NCBI GenBank assembly: GCA_964510615.1 | Contig: CAZEBA010000007.1 | Span: forward strand, 33,817 to 97,816 | Source: an uncultured Gemmatimonadota bacterium | GTDB lineage: Bacteria > Gemmatimonadota > Gemmatimonadetes > Palauibacterales > Palauibacteraceae | DNA length: 64,000 bases | Direction of reading: 5' to 3' | Shown: positions 1 through 9,687 of the stretch, piece by piece | Layout of the letters: each line of letters opens with the position of its first letter | How positions within the stretch are numbered: position 1 is the stretch's first letter | The notes under the pieces: generated by a model | The model's database searches: none | What the model saw: only the letters and a program-made list of their open reading frames with translations | Told to the model about the DNA's origin: nothing | Program-made: the position numbers and the translations under genes

Positions 1-1679
1 ACCAGGTCCGTCTCGAGCGGGATCCGGTGCTCGGCGGCATACTCCCGGGCCTGCCGGAAGAGGGCTTCCTTGTGGTGTGTGAACCGCAGGCCCTCGTGGA
101 TGGGGAGCTGCCGGGGCACCTGCACGACCGCCACGACCACGATGCGGCCGTGATGGGCCTTCGCGACGGGGGCGGCGAAGTCGAGCAGTGACGAGAGGGT
201 GTCGGGGTTGTACGCCGGCACGAGCACCGTGTAGGCGGCCGCCGGCACGCCCGCCGCCCGGCCCGGCACCAGCACCTGCGGCAGCTCGGGTGCGGCCTGC
301 TTCTCGAAGTAGGCGAAGTAGATGAGGAGCCCGAGAATGATCCAGCCTGCCGTCACGTACCAGGCGATCGGCTGGAACTTGAACTGGTAGAGCGCGAGGA
401 AGACGTTGAGCCCGACCCCGAGGACCGGAACGACGGGGTAGAACGGGACCCGGTAGCGGCGCTCGATCTCGGGAGCCTTCCTCCGCAGGACGATCACCGA
501 GAGGTTCACCAGCGCGAACGTCAGCAGGAAGATGAGGCTGGCCGCCGAGCCCACGGCCTCGATCGGCAGCGTCATCGCCATGGCCAGCAGGATCGCCCCC
601 GTGAGGATGATCGCCAGCTTCGGCGTCCGCCGCACCGGATCGATTTCGGCCACCCGCTTCGGAAGCCAGTTGTCGCGGCCCATCGAGAACGCGACCCTCG
701 ACGCCGCCATCACGGTCGCGTTCAGGGCCGACATGGTGGAGAGAAGGCCCCCGAAGACGATCACCGCCACCCCGAAGGCGGGCATGAAATCCTCGGCCGC
801 CCGGACGATCGCGGTCTCCTTGTACTTGCCGAGGAACTGCCAGGTCGTCTCGCCCACCACCGTGACCGCGCCCAGGGAGACGAAGAGGATCAGCAGGTAG
901 ATCGTCACCGTGATCGCCAGCGCGATGAACGTGGCCCGCGGGATGTTCCTGGTGGGGTCCTTGATCTCCTCGGCCACCGTGGCGATGAGGTCGTAGCCCT
1001 CGAACGCGATGAACGTCAGTCCCATCGCCACCAGCACGCCGCCGGCGCCGAGGGGGAAGAACGGCCGGAAGTTGGCCGAGGCCGTGGCCGGATCCGCCAG
1101 GAGCTTCTTCATCCCGTAGAAGATGAAGATCACGAGCACGATGATCTTGGAGACCGTGAGCACGTTCTCCGCCTGACCGGTCACCTCGGCGCCGCGAACG
1201 TTGAGGCGGATGAACAGGAGGCCGACGATCAGGGTGACGAGCAGCAAGGCGCCCTGCGCGCCGACGATCCCGAAGACGCCGTCCGCCAGCCACGGCATGT
1301 ACTTGTGGAAGAACTCCCAGAAGTAGCCGGCGAAGCCGAGCGCGTAGAGTGCGCACGCCACCGTGTAGGCGAACCAGAGCATCCAGCCCGCGGTGAAGCC
1401 CAGGGCGCCCGGGAAGGCGAGCCGCACGTAGGAGTAGCCGCCGCCCGCCCGCGGGATGGCGGAGGCCAGCTCGGCGTAGGCGAAGGCCGTGAGGAGCGTG
1501 ACCGCTCCGTTGAGGGCGAACGCCAGGATGGAAGCGGGGCCGGATTCGCCGGCGGCGATCCCCGTCAGAACGAAGATGCCCGCCCCGATCATGGCGCCGA
1601 CGCCGATCATGGTGGCGTCGAACAGCCCCAGGTCGCGGGCGAGGGTGGCGTGCGTGGGCTGGTCCTGTTGGCTCATCGT
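1..1679 (-). CDS. APC-family amino acid permease with C-terminal UspA-like domain; N-terminus and start codon in window, C-terminus runs off window start
   Basis: Minus-strand ATG at 1679 translates to MSQQDQPTHATLARDLGLFDATMIGVGAMIGAGIFVLTG..., a multi-TM APC-permease-like sequence followed by a UspA-like region. It stays open to position 1 and is absent from the ORF track only because it is truncated. Confidence 0.7.
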
Positions 1680-1775
1680 GTCACGGGGATCGAGTCCTTG
1701 CTGGCGGCGACTCGGCCTGTTTCGGGGGCGGGGCGCCCGGCTCCGGGCACGCGGTTGCCGTCCCGGAGGCCGAGC

Positions 1776-2336
1776 CTATGCCGGCCAGAGCCAGCCGAAC
1801 ACCCCGGCGGTCAGCAGTCCGTAGACCAGCCCATCGAAGGTCGACTTCAGGGTGGTGCTCCAGCTGCGCTTGAGCCAGATCGAGTTCTGCCACAGCGCCA
1901 GCGCGTAGCCGATGAACGCGGTGGCGCCGGCAAACCGGAAGACGGCCAGATAGTCCGCCCCGGGCCCGAGCGCCCGACCGGCGATGTAGGCGGCGAAGAT
2001 ACCGACGACGACACAGTAGAGGAACCAGAGCGTCAGGCTCATGCCCATCTTCACAGGGCCGTTCGGCATCACGGTCATCAACGCGACCGGACCGCGGTTC
2101 ACCTTCTCCAGGAACTCCGGTTCTCCCATCGCCTTCGAGCTGCCGGCATAGGGCATCACGTAATCGCCCGGCGGGATCGCGAACCCGCGCAGCGCCTCGA
2201 GGACCGCGTCCTCGTCCGGCAGCCGGGCGAAATCGCTCTTGTGGTACTTGAGGGCCATGTGGATGACGGAGCTGGCCACGAAGACGAACACCGCGGCCAC
2301 GAGGATCGGGATCCAAAGCGACATTACGGGGACCAT
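1776..2336 (-). CDS. hypothetical integral membrane protein (186 aa, about 5 TM helices)
   Basis: ORF track entry [20 protein letters not shown]... is strongly hydrophobic and not Arg/Pro-biased like the GC-artefact ORFs. Confidence 0.55.
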   Translation of the reverse strand: MVPVMSLWIPILVAAVFVFVASSVIHMALKYHKSDFARLPDEDAVLEALRGFAIPPGDYVMPYAGSSKAMGEPEFLEKVNRGPVALMTVMPNGPVKMGMSLTLWFLYCVVVGIFAAYIAGRALGPGADYLAVFRFAGATAFIGYALALWQNSIWLKRSWSTTLKSTFDGLVYGLLTAGVFGWLWPA

Positions 2337-2517
2337 CGTCTCCTCCTCTCTCTACCGGAACGAACCCTGCGCCGCCGCCAACTCGTCGGACCGCAGCGTG
2401 GTAGGCCGGGTCCGAGATCCTTTCACTGTCTGCTGCGGCGTGAGATCTGGCAAGACGTGGCCGCCGGCCTCGCCCCTGCACGGCCACGTAGCCTCACGAG
2501 CGGCTTCCGGCGGAGAG

Positions 2518-3012
2518 TCACGCCTCCTTCGATCGCTTCGACCACTGCCAGAGTCCGGCGGTGACACCGCCCGGCAGCCGGTGGCCGAGCTGGCGGGCGA
2601 CCATGACGATCTGTCCCCGATGGTGGCCCTCGTGCGCCACGTGATAGGCCATGAAGTGCACGATATCCGGGGGGAACCCGGCCAGGCTGCCTCCGCGGTC
2701 GAGGCCGAGCTCCAGAAGCTCCACGATGCCCTGGCTGCTTCGCTCCAGGGCGGGAAGGAGCTGCCGGCGCGTGACCCGGTGGCGATCCACGCCGGGCGGG
2801 GCCGCGATCCCGTGTTTGGCGCCCAGCATCTTGACCCACATGCAGCGACAGTTGTGGATGTGGCCGGCGATCATTCGGACGGTCCGCCTCGGGGCGCCAG
2901 GGATCTTCTCGGGCCAGACCTCGTCCGGAAGGTTCTCGAACAGGTAGACGGTCACGCGGTTGTTCGTGCGCCATGTGTCGAGGAGCGCACGCCCGAGCTC
3001 GATGTCCTCCAT
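2518..3012 (-). CDS. DinB/YfiT-like metal-dependent hydrolase family protein
   Basis: Translation MEDIELGRALLDTWRTNNRVTVYLF...HFMAYHVAHEGHHRGQIVMV carries the DinB_2 His motifs. Start re-assigned to ATG at 3012, which is preceded by GGAGGG; the longer track ORF (to 3087) begins at an upstream Met with no Shine-Dalgarno. Confidence 0.65.
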   Translation of the reverse strand: MEDIELGRALLDTWRTNNRVTVYLFENLPDEVWPEKIPGAPRRTVRMIAGHIHNCRCMWVKMLGAKHGIAAPPGVDRHRVTRRQLLPALERSSQGIVELLELGLDRGGSLAGFPPDIVHFMAYHVAHEGHHRGQIVMVARQLGHRLPGGVTAGLWQWSKRSKEA

Positions 3013-3134
3013 AGTCCCTCCGGCCCCTCGTCGCACGGTTCGCAGCCTGCGGACGGTGAATCCTTGCTCGCCATCGAGCGCCGGCACAAGTTCACCGCGG
3101 CCAGAGATCGCCGGTTGAACGAGGTGGAGCGTAC

Positions 3135-5552
3135 ATGACCGGTCTGAAGAACCTCATCCACGAGGCGCACCGGCGCTCGCTGTGGCAGGTCCTCGGCATC
3201 TACGTCGTCGTCTCCTGGCTCGTGTTTCAGGTCGCCCAAACGCTCACCGAGGGACTCGGTCTGCCCGACTGGGTGCCTCCCTTCGCCCTCATCCTGCTGC
3301 TGATCGGTCTTCCGATCGTCGTCGCCACGGCGTTTGTTCAGGAGGGAGGGCCCGTCACGGGTTCCAGGGCCGGCGTTGCCGCCGCGGACCCGAGACCCGG
3401 CGTCTCGCACGAGGGCGCGGAGCCGGCCGGAGGCGGGTTGGCCGGAGAGGCCGACCCCGCGGGGGAAGCGGGGGTGGCCGACAGCGGGGCCGCCGCGGCG
3501 AAGGGCGTTGTCACGAACGAGGACGAACTGAACGGTAAGGCGGCTCATCACCGGCTCTTTACCTGGCGCAACGCGATCCTCGGCGGCGTGCTCGCCTTCG
3601 CCCTGCTCGGGATCCTGACCGCCGGTTACATGGTCAGCCGCAGCCTCGGCATCGGCCCTGCGGCCACGCTCGTCGCCCGCGGGGTGATCGACGAGCGGCA
3701 GCCGATCCTCCTGGCGGACTTCGAGTCCACGGACTCGCTGCTCGCTAGGGCGGCCACCGAGGCGTTCCGGGTGGACCTCTCGCAGTCGTCGGTGGTGCGG
3801 CTGGTGGAGCCGGCGTTTCTGGCCGGGGCCCTGGAGCGCATGGGCCGATCACCGGGTGGTGCGATCGACGAAGACCTGGCCACGGAGGTTGCCGTCCGGG
3901 AGGGGATCCAGGCGGTGATCGCCGGGGAGATCGTGCGAGCGGGCGGCGGCTACGTGCTCTCCGCCCGCGTGATATCGCCTGCGGACGGGGCCTCGCTCCT
4001 CTCCCACCGGGAGACGGCGGCCGACTCGACCGAGATCATCCCGGCGATCGACGAGCTCTCGAAGCGGCTGAGGGAGCGGATCGGGGAGTCGCTGATATCC
4101 ATCCGGCAAAATCCCCCGCTCGAGCGAGTGACCACCCCGGAGCTCGAGGCGCTCCGGAAATACTCCCAGGCCATCCGGGCGATCGATCTCGAGGGCGACG
4201 ATGCGCGCGGGATCACGTTGCTGGAGGAGGCCGTCGCCCGGGACACCGCCTTCGCCATGGCCTTCCGCAAGCTCGGCATCGTCCTCGGGAACCAGGGCGA
4301 GCAGCGGGCTCGCGAGGTCGCCGCCTACACGAAGGCCTACGAGCACCAGGACCACCTGACGGAGCTGGAGAGGTACATCACGATCGGCACCTACTTCTCG
4401 CTGGCGGAGATGGATCTCCCCCGGTCGATCGCCGCCTACGAGAACGTCCTCGCCCTCGATCCGACCGAGACCACGGCGTTGAACAACCTCGGAGTGAACT
4501 ACGGCGCTCTCCGGGACTACGCTCGCGCCGAGGAGCTCCTCCTGCGTGCCGCGGAGGCGGACTCATCCACCGCACTGTTCTGGGTGAACGCCGCCACCAT
4601 GCGGGCGAACCTGGGCGACTTCGAAGCGGCCCGGGAGCGGATGGAGGTCGCCGCTGGCAGGTGGTCGAACAACCCCTTCGTGGACACGCGAGCCGCGGCG
4701 CTCGCCGCGGCGGAGGGCCGGTACGAGGACGCGCGCGACCACTTGGAAGCGGCCCGGGCGAAGGAGTCGGGGAGCCTGGCGGGACGGGCCGCGGTAGAGA
4801 GACAGCTCTCCGGCGTCGAGGCGGTCGAGGGCAAGCTGGAGGCGGCTCGAGCGCGTCGTGCCGAGGCCATCGAACTCGACCGGGCACGCGGTCTCGGCTC
4901 CGAGTACCTGACAGACATCGCCTGGCTCGTCCGGTTGTTTGCGGTGCTGGGCGTCGAGGAGGACGTCACCCTCGAGCGGCTCGTCGCGGCGCTGGACGAG
5001 ATTCCCCTCGAGAGCCTGGATCCGTTCGATCGTCCCTATGCGGAGCTGGCCCTCGCGTATGCCGCTGCCGGGCAGATCGCGAACGCCGAGGAGATGATCG
5101 AGGGGTTCGAGGCGGAGGTGCCGCCGAATCTGCGGGCGGATCTCGACGTCGACTGGCCTCGACTGGCGCGTGGGGCAATCGCCCTGGAACGGGGCCGGTA
5201 CGAGGCGGCGATCGAGCACCTGCGTGGCCTGACCGTGGGGAGTTGTCGGCTCTGCGGCGTCTTCCAGCTCGCCCGGGCCTACGACCTGGCAGGCCAGGCC
5301 GACTCGGCGGTCGCCACCTACGAGCGCTACGTCAACACCCCCTGGCTCACCACCGGGCAGACGGATCCGGTCGCTCTCGCACCGGCGCTGGAGCGCCTCG
5401 GCCAGATCTACGACGAGCGCGTCGAGTGGGCCAAGGCCGCCGAGTACTACGCCCGTTTCGTGGAGCTGTGGAAGGATGCTGATCCGGTCCTCCAGCCGCG
5501 CGTCCGCGCCGGACAGCGCCGGCTGGACGAGATCTTCGCGCAGCAAGGTTGA
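3135..5552 (+). CDS. membrane-anchored TPR-repeat protein, paralog A (805 aa); N-terminal double-TM module, TolB-N-like periplasmic domain, long TPR array
   Basis: MTGLKNLIHEAHRRSLWQVLGIYVVVSWLVFQV... The N-terminal 70 aa are nearly identical to the ORFs at 39718 and 44074. Second TM is HRLFTWRNAILGGVLAFALLG. TPR-like repeats run through the C-terminal 500 aa. Shine-Dalgarno GAGGTGGAG upstream. Confidence 0.7.
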   Translation: MTGLKNLIHEAHRRSLWQVLGIYVVVSWLVFQVAQTLTEGLGLPDWVPPFALILLLIGLPIVVATAFVQEGGPVTGSRAGVAAADPRPGVSHEGAEPAGGGLAGEADPAGEAGVADSGAAAAKGVVTNEDELNGKAAHHRLFTWRNAILGGVLAFALLGILTAGYMVSRSLGIGPAATLVARGVIDERQPILLADFESTDSLLARAATEAFRVDLSQSSVVRLVEPAFLAGALERMGRSPGGAIDEDLATEVAVREGIQAVIAGEIVRAGGGYVLSARVISPADGASLLSHRETAADSTEIIPAIDELSKRLRERIGESLISIRQNPPLERVTTPELEALRKYSQAIRAIDLEGDDARGITLLEEAVARDTAFAMAFRKLGIVLGNQGEQRAREVAAYTKAYEHQDHLTELERYITIGTYFSLAEMDLPRSIAAYENVLALDPTETTALNNLGVNYGALRDYARAEELLLRAAEADSSTALFWVNAATMRANLGDFEAARERMEVAAGRWSNNPFVDTRAAALAAAEGRYEDARDHLEAARAKESGSLAGRAAVERQLSGVEAVEGKLEAARARRAEAIELDRARGLGSEYLTDIAWLVRLFAVLGVEEDVTLERLVAALDEIPLESLDPFDRPYAELALAYAAAGQIANAEEMIEGFEAEVPPNLRADLDVDWPRLARGAIALERGRYEAAIEHLRGLTVGSCRLCGVFQLARAYDLAGQADSAVATYERYVNTPWLTTGQTDPVALAPALERLGQIYDERVEWAKAAEYYARFVELWKDADPVLQPRVRAGQRRLDEIFAQQG

Positions 5553-5580
5553 ACGGGACGTAGCGAGCAACTCCGCCGAA

Positions 5581-6333
5581 ATGGCCAGCGACGAGTCCCC
5601 CTCCCGACGCTACTCGGAGAAAGAGGTCGGCCTCATCCTCCGGCGGGCGACCGAGCTCCAGCGCGCAGAGCCGTCGGCGGCGAATCCGGAGGGGCTCACG
5701 CTTCGCGAGCTGGCCGAAGTGGCGGCCGAGGTGGGGATCGATCCCGCCTATCTCCGTCGCGCCGCCGCCGAGCTGGAGAGCGGTGCCGGATCCGGCCCCT
5801 GGGCCAAGCTGCTCGGAGCCGCGCCGGGGTTCGTTCTGGAGCGCACGATCCCGGGCGAGTTTCCGGAGTCGGGGTTCGAGGAGCTCGTGCCGTTGATGCA
5901 GGCAGCCACGCTCGGCCAGGGCAACGCCAGCGCGGTCGGCAAGACGCTCACCTGGAGCTCTCGCTCGGACACCAACACCTCCTCCCAGCAGGTGCTGGTC
6001 ACGGTTCATGAGGGCGAGACGCTGATCCGGATCGAGGAGCGGTTGGCGGGCTTCGCCGGCGGCCTGTTCGGCGGCGTGCTGGGCGGGTTCGGTGGCGGTG
6101 TCGGGATCGGCGTCGGCGGCGCGCTGGGCGGCGCGTTGTTCGGCTCGGCGGCGCTGGCGATCGCCTTCCCGGTCGTCATCATCGGCGCGTCGTACACCGC
6201 CTGCCGCCACTTCTTCGCCGCGCACGTCCGCCGGCGGAGGAGCCGGATGCAGGATCTGATGGACCGGCTGGCGGAGCGGGTGGAAGCGCAGGTGGCCGAG
6301 CGGACGCTCAGCCCTCCTCCCAGTTCTCCATGA
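5581..6333 (+). CDS. hypothetical protein with glycine-zipper membrane segment
   Basis: MASDESPSRRYSEKEVGLILRRATELQ...GGLFGGVLGGFGGGVGIGVGGALGGALFGSAALAIAFPVVIIG. Start moved from 5476 to the first ATG after the upstream stop at 5552. Lies 29 nt downstream of TPR paralog A. Confidence 0.45.
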   Translation: MASDESPSRRYSEKEVGLILRRATELQRAEPSAANPEGLTLRELAEVAAEVGIDPAYLRRAAAELESGAGSGPWAKLLGAAPGFVLERTIPGEFPESGFEELVPLMQAATLGQGNASAVGKTLTWSSRSDTNTSSQQVLVTVHEGETLIRIEERLAGFAGGLFGGVLGGFGGGVGIGVGGALGGALFGSAALAIAFPVVIIGASYTACRHFFAAHVRRRRSRMQDLMDRLAERVEAQVAERTLSPPPSSP

Positions 6334-7564
6334 AGCGGCGGTTCGCTTCGTCCGATTCGTCGACCAGCGCGCGGAAGATCGCCCGGAGCTGCTCGTAGGG
6401 GAGCGTTCCGATGATCATTCGGTTGTTGATGATCATCGTGGGCGTCGAGCGTATGCCGTGCGCGAACTCGTCCGACGTTCTCTCGTACTCGCGTCCCGTC
6501 TCAATGATGCGGTGCACCAGCTCTCGGGTGGCCGGATCGTCCACGGCCCCGGCCACCCCATGCCGGCGTCCCAGCTCGCGCCTCCACTCGGGGCTCTCCT
6601 TGGCGGACCGGCAGTTGGCGAAGATCTCGTCGTGGAGGGCCGGAAAAAGGTCCGGATCCGCCGCCGCCATATAGGCTACCTCGCACGCTCCCGGGTGAAG
6701 GTCCTTCTCCACCACGTCGTTGCACCGGGCCTCGAGCGGAAAGAGCTGGAACGCGATGTTCAGCTGGCCGGCGAACTCCTCCTTCAGCCGATCCAGCTGC
6801 TGCGCCAGAAACCGGCAGTCCGAGCACAACAGGTCCCCGTACTCCACGATCCGGATCGGAGCGTCCTCGAACCGCGCCGTGGCCCGCGCCGTCCAGAGGG
6901 GCGAGATGAAGCTGGGCCATGCGACCGGTTCCAGTGCGTAGAACTGCTCGACCGCGCGCGCCGCCGCGCCACCGGACTGCGCGTCCCGCCGGGCCCCGTC
7001 GTACTCCGCGAAGCCCCAGCCGCCGGCCAGCGTGATCACGGAGAAGGTCGCCAGGACCCTGGCCGATGGTGCCAGCCAGCGCTTCCGGAAGCCGCTGTCG
7101 ACCCGCTCGCGCCGGCCGCCCACGTGCCAGAAGAGGAGGAGGTTGATCACCGAGAAGACGTAGAACCCGGTGCACAGCAGGCAGAGGCTTCCGAGATAGC
7201 CGACGGAGTAGACCAGCAGCGCGGCGACGCCTACCACGTTGAGGAGCGCGAGCGTCCGGTTGGTGCGCTCGAGCTCGTCGGACGGAAAGACCGCTCCCTC
7301 GACGACCAGGCCGCCGACCATGAGGCCGAGGAGACCCAGCGGTACGCCCCGAACAGCCGAGATCGGCGAGTACGCCGAGGCATCGCAGTTGAAGAAGGCG
7401 TTGATGTCGCAGAACGAGCCGTCGAAAATCCCGGCCGGGTAGTTGGCGGCGAAGTAGTGGCGGATGGTGAGAAGGGAGAAGGATGCCATCCCGAGTCCCG
7501 AGAGGAGGCTCAGGAGACGCCACCTCGCTCCCCGCGCGTTCGGGGCCCTCGCTGAATCGTCCAT
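6308..7564 (-). CDS. vitamin K epoxide reductase (VKOR) domain fused to a thioredoxin/DsbA-like domain
   Basis: Translation from ATG at 7564 (MDDSARAPNARGARWRLLSLL...) has 4-5 TM helices with a CDINAFFNC Cys pair, then a soluble domain with a CSDC (CxxC) motif. The upstream 290 codons of the track ORF (to 8437) are Arg/Leu-rich and antisense to the neighbouring gene, so they are excluded. Confidence 0.75.
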   Translation of the reverse strand: MDDSARAPNARGARWRLLSLLSGLGMASFSLLTIRHYFAANYPAGIFDGSFCDINAFFNCDASAYSPISAVRGVPLGLLGLMVGGLVVEGAVFPSDELERTNRTLALLNVVGVAALLVYSVGYLGSLCLLCTGFYVFSVINLLLFWHVGGRRERVDSGFRKRWLAPSARVLATFSVITLAGGWGFAEYDGARRDAQSGGAAARAVEQFYALEPVAWPSFISPLWTARATARFEDAPIRIVEYGDLLCSDCRFLAQQLDRLKEEFAGQLNIAFQLFPLEARCNDVVEKDLHPGACEVAYMAAADPDLFPALHDEIFANCRSAKESPEWRRELGRRHGVAGAVDDPATRELVHRIIETGREYERTSDEFAHGIRSTPTMIINNRMIIGTLPYEQLRAIFRALVDESDEANRRFMENWEEG

Positions 7565-7732
7565 TGCCGTACGGCTTTTCACCACACCGAGAGCAGAGAA
7601 GATCCCGACCTGACGCCCTTCCCGCCGGCTGCTAGGCTGTTGGGCACATCGCGGACCCGCAAGGGCCGGGTGAGCAAGCTGCGCCGCCAGCCGAGGTGCG
7701 GCCCGGCGCCACTCGAATCCGGGAGTCGACCG

Positions 7733-8470
7733 ATGTCCAGGATCTTCGTCAACGGCCGCATCGACCTGGGTGACCTTCCCCGCTCGGTGCAGGAGCAGCT
7801 GGCCGCGCTCCCCGGCGTGTGGCTCGAGTACGACGCGGAGGCCAGAGCCGTCGTCGTGCGCCACGTGCAGCCCGCCAAGGCGCCCATCCTCGCCACCACG
7901 GTGAGCGAGCTGGTGAGGATCCTGGATGAGCTTCCCACAGACCGCCAGGCCAAGGTGCCGGGTGGGGATCTGTTCGTCCACACGGAGGACTCGGACCACC
8001 TGGTCAGGCTGCGAGTGAGCGAGGGCGGCGCGCTCCACATCCAGTGGGCGCACCCCGGCTACGAGGGCGCGGCGAAGCGGCCGTACAGCGATGGGCGCGA
8101 GATCGCGATCGAGTCCTGGGAACAGCGCCTGAACGGCAGTGTCGAGCTGGCGGCCGACACGGCAGCCGAGACGGCGGGAGACCTCCAGGAGCTGGCGGAC
8201 ACGTTCGAGGGGCTGTATCCGGAAGGCGAGTTCCGGGCCACGGCACCGGGCGATGGTACCGTCCGCGTCGATATGTCGAACGTCAACCTCGACGCCCGTC
8301 TCCTCATCGAGGCGCTGCGCAAGGCGGCGCGGCCTCGCAGCCTGAGCGGCTGGCTGGAGGTCACCTCTTTCGAGGACGGTGATCCGGAGCATCACGTCCG
8401 CTGCCTGTTCAAGAAGGGCGAGATCTGGGTACAGCACCCGATCCTGTGGTCGGACCCGTCGTCGAGGTGA
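7733..8470 (+). CDS. hypothetical cytoplasmic protein (245 aa)
   Basis: MSRIFVNGRIDLGDLPRSVQEQLAALPGVWLEYD... has balanced composition. Start chosen at ATG 7733 (GGGAG upstream) within track ORF 7640..8470. Divergent from the VKOR gene. Confidence 0.5.
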   Translation: MSRIFVNGRIDLGDLPRSVQEQLAALPGVWLEYDAEARAVVVRHVQPAKAPILATTVSELVRILDELPTDRQAKVPGGDLFVHTEDSDHLVRLRVSEGGALHIQWAHPGYEGAAKRPYSDGREIAIESWEQRLNGSVELAADTAAETAGDLQELADTFEGLYPEGEFRATAPGDGTVRVDMSNVNLDARLLIEALRKAARPRSLSGWLEVTSFEDGDPEHHVRCLFKKGEIWVQHPILWSDPSSR

Positions 8471-8511
8471 TTTAGCCGTCGAGGTGATCCCGTCGTGGAG
8501 GTGATCCCGTC

Positions 8512-9687
8512 GTGATGGACTACTTTCTCACCGAGGAGCAGGTGGCGATCCGCGACCTCGCCCGGACGATCGCCGACAGGGAGATCCGACCGGTAGCCGC
8601 CGAGTACGATCGCACCGGGGAGTTCCCCTGGCCGGTCGTGCGAAAGATGGCGGAAGCCGACCTGTTCGGCGTCTTCCTGGACGAGAAGTACGGCGGACTG
8701 GGCAGCGACTCGCCGACCATGAACCTGGTGCTGGTGACGGAGGAGTTCTCCAAGGCGTGCGGAGGCATCGCCCTCGCTTTCGCGAGCACGGCGCTGGGCG
8801 CGATGCCGATCATGCTGGCCGGAACCGAGGAACAGAAGCAGCGTTTCCTGCCCGCGATCGCGGCTGGGGAGTGCCTCGCCGGCTTCGCCCTCACCGAGCC
8901 CCAGGCGGGGTCTGACGCCAGCGGCATTCGCACGACGGCGATCCGGGACGGGGACCACTACGTCCTCAACGGCCTCAAGCAGTGGATCACCAACGGCGGA
9001 GAGGCCGAGATCTACACGGTGATCGCGCTGACGAATCCCGCCCGCGGTCCGCGGGGAGCGAGCGCGCTGGTGGTCGAGAAGGGGACGCCCGGCTTCGGCT
9101 TCGGCAAGAAGGAGGACAAGATGGGCATCCGCGCGTCGGCGACGCGCGAGCTCGTGTTCGAGGATTGTCGGGTGCCGGTCGACAACCTGATCGGTCGTGA
9201 GGGCTCGGGCTTCATCACGGCGATGCGCACGTTCGATGCCTCCCGGCCCGGCGTGGCGGCACAGGCGCTGGGCATCGCCCAGGGCGCGCTCGATCTCGCC
9301 ATGGAGTGGGCATGCGAGCGCCGGCAGTTCGGGTCGCGCGTGTCCGCCTTCCAGGGCCTCCGGTTCCTCCTCGCCGACATGGCGACCCGGGTGGAGGCGG
9401 CGCGGGCCCTCGTCTACGCGACGGCGCGGTTCATCGATTCCAACCCCGCGTCGCGTGCGACCGTCTATTCGGCGATGTCGAAGCTCTTCGCGTCGGATGT
9501 GGCCATGCAGGTGACCACGGACGCCGTGCAGGTGTTCGGCGGGTCCGGCTACATGCGCGACTACCCGATCGAGAAGTACATGCGCGATGCGAAGATCACC
9601 CAGATCTACGAGGGCACGAACCAGATCCAACGCGAGGAGATCAGCAAGATCCTCGTCGGTGAGCACATCGCCGGGCACGCCAAGTAG
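8512..9687 (+). CDS. acyl-CoA dehydrogenase
   Basis: 391 aa. MMDYFLTEEQVAIRDLARTIADREIRP...YEGTNQIQREEISKILVGE shows the full ACAD N-terminal, middle and C-terminal domain pattern, including the catalytic region around GGSGYMRDYPIEKYMRDAKI. Confidence 0.9.
   Translation: MMDYFLTEEQVAIRDLARTIADREIRPVAAEYDRTGEFPWPVVRKMAEADLFGVFLDEKYGGLGSDSPTMNLVLVTEEFSKACGGIALAFASTALGAMPIMLAGTEEQKQRFLPAIAAGECLAGFALTEPQAGSDASGIRTTAIRDGDHYVLNGLKQWITNGGEAEIYTVIALTNPARGPRGASALVVEKGTPGFGFGKKEDKMGIRASATRELVFEDCRVPVDNLIGREGSGFITAMRTFDASRPGVAAQALGIAQGALDLAMEWACERRQFGSRVSAFQGLRFLLADMATRVEAARALVYATARFIDSNPASRATVYSAMSKLFASDVAMQVTTDAVQVFGGSGYMRDYPIEKYMRDAKITQIYEGTNQIQREEISKILVGEHIAGHAK

Noticed and set aside
4563-5570. 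335-aa minus-strand ORF, plus several 100-270-aa ORFs in both strands, within TPR paralog A
   Set aside because: All antisense or alternate-frame to the long TPR gene, Arg/Pro-rich and without motifs.
6458-7555. 365-aa plus-strand and 340-aa minus-strand (6501..7523) ORFs over the VKOR-thioredoxin gene
   Set aside because: Overlapping or antisense to the VKOR gene, which has clear TM and CxxC motifs. Arg/Pro/Gly-biased. GC-driven artefacts.
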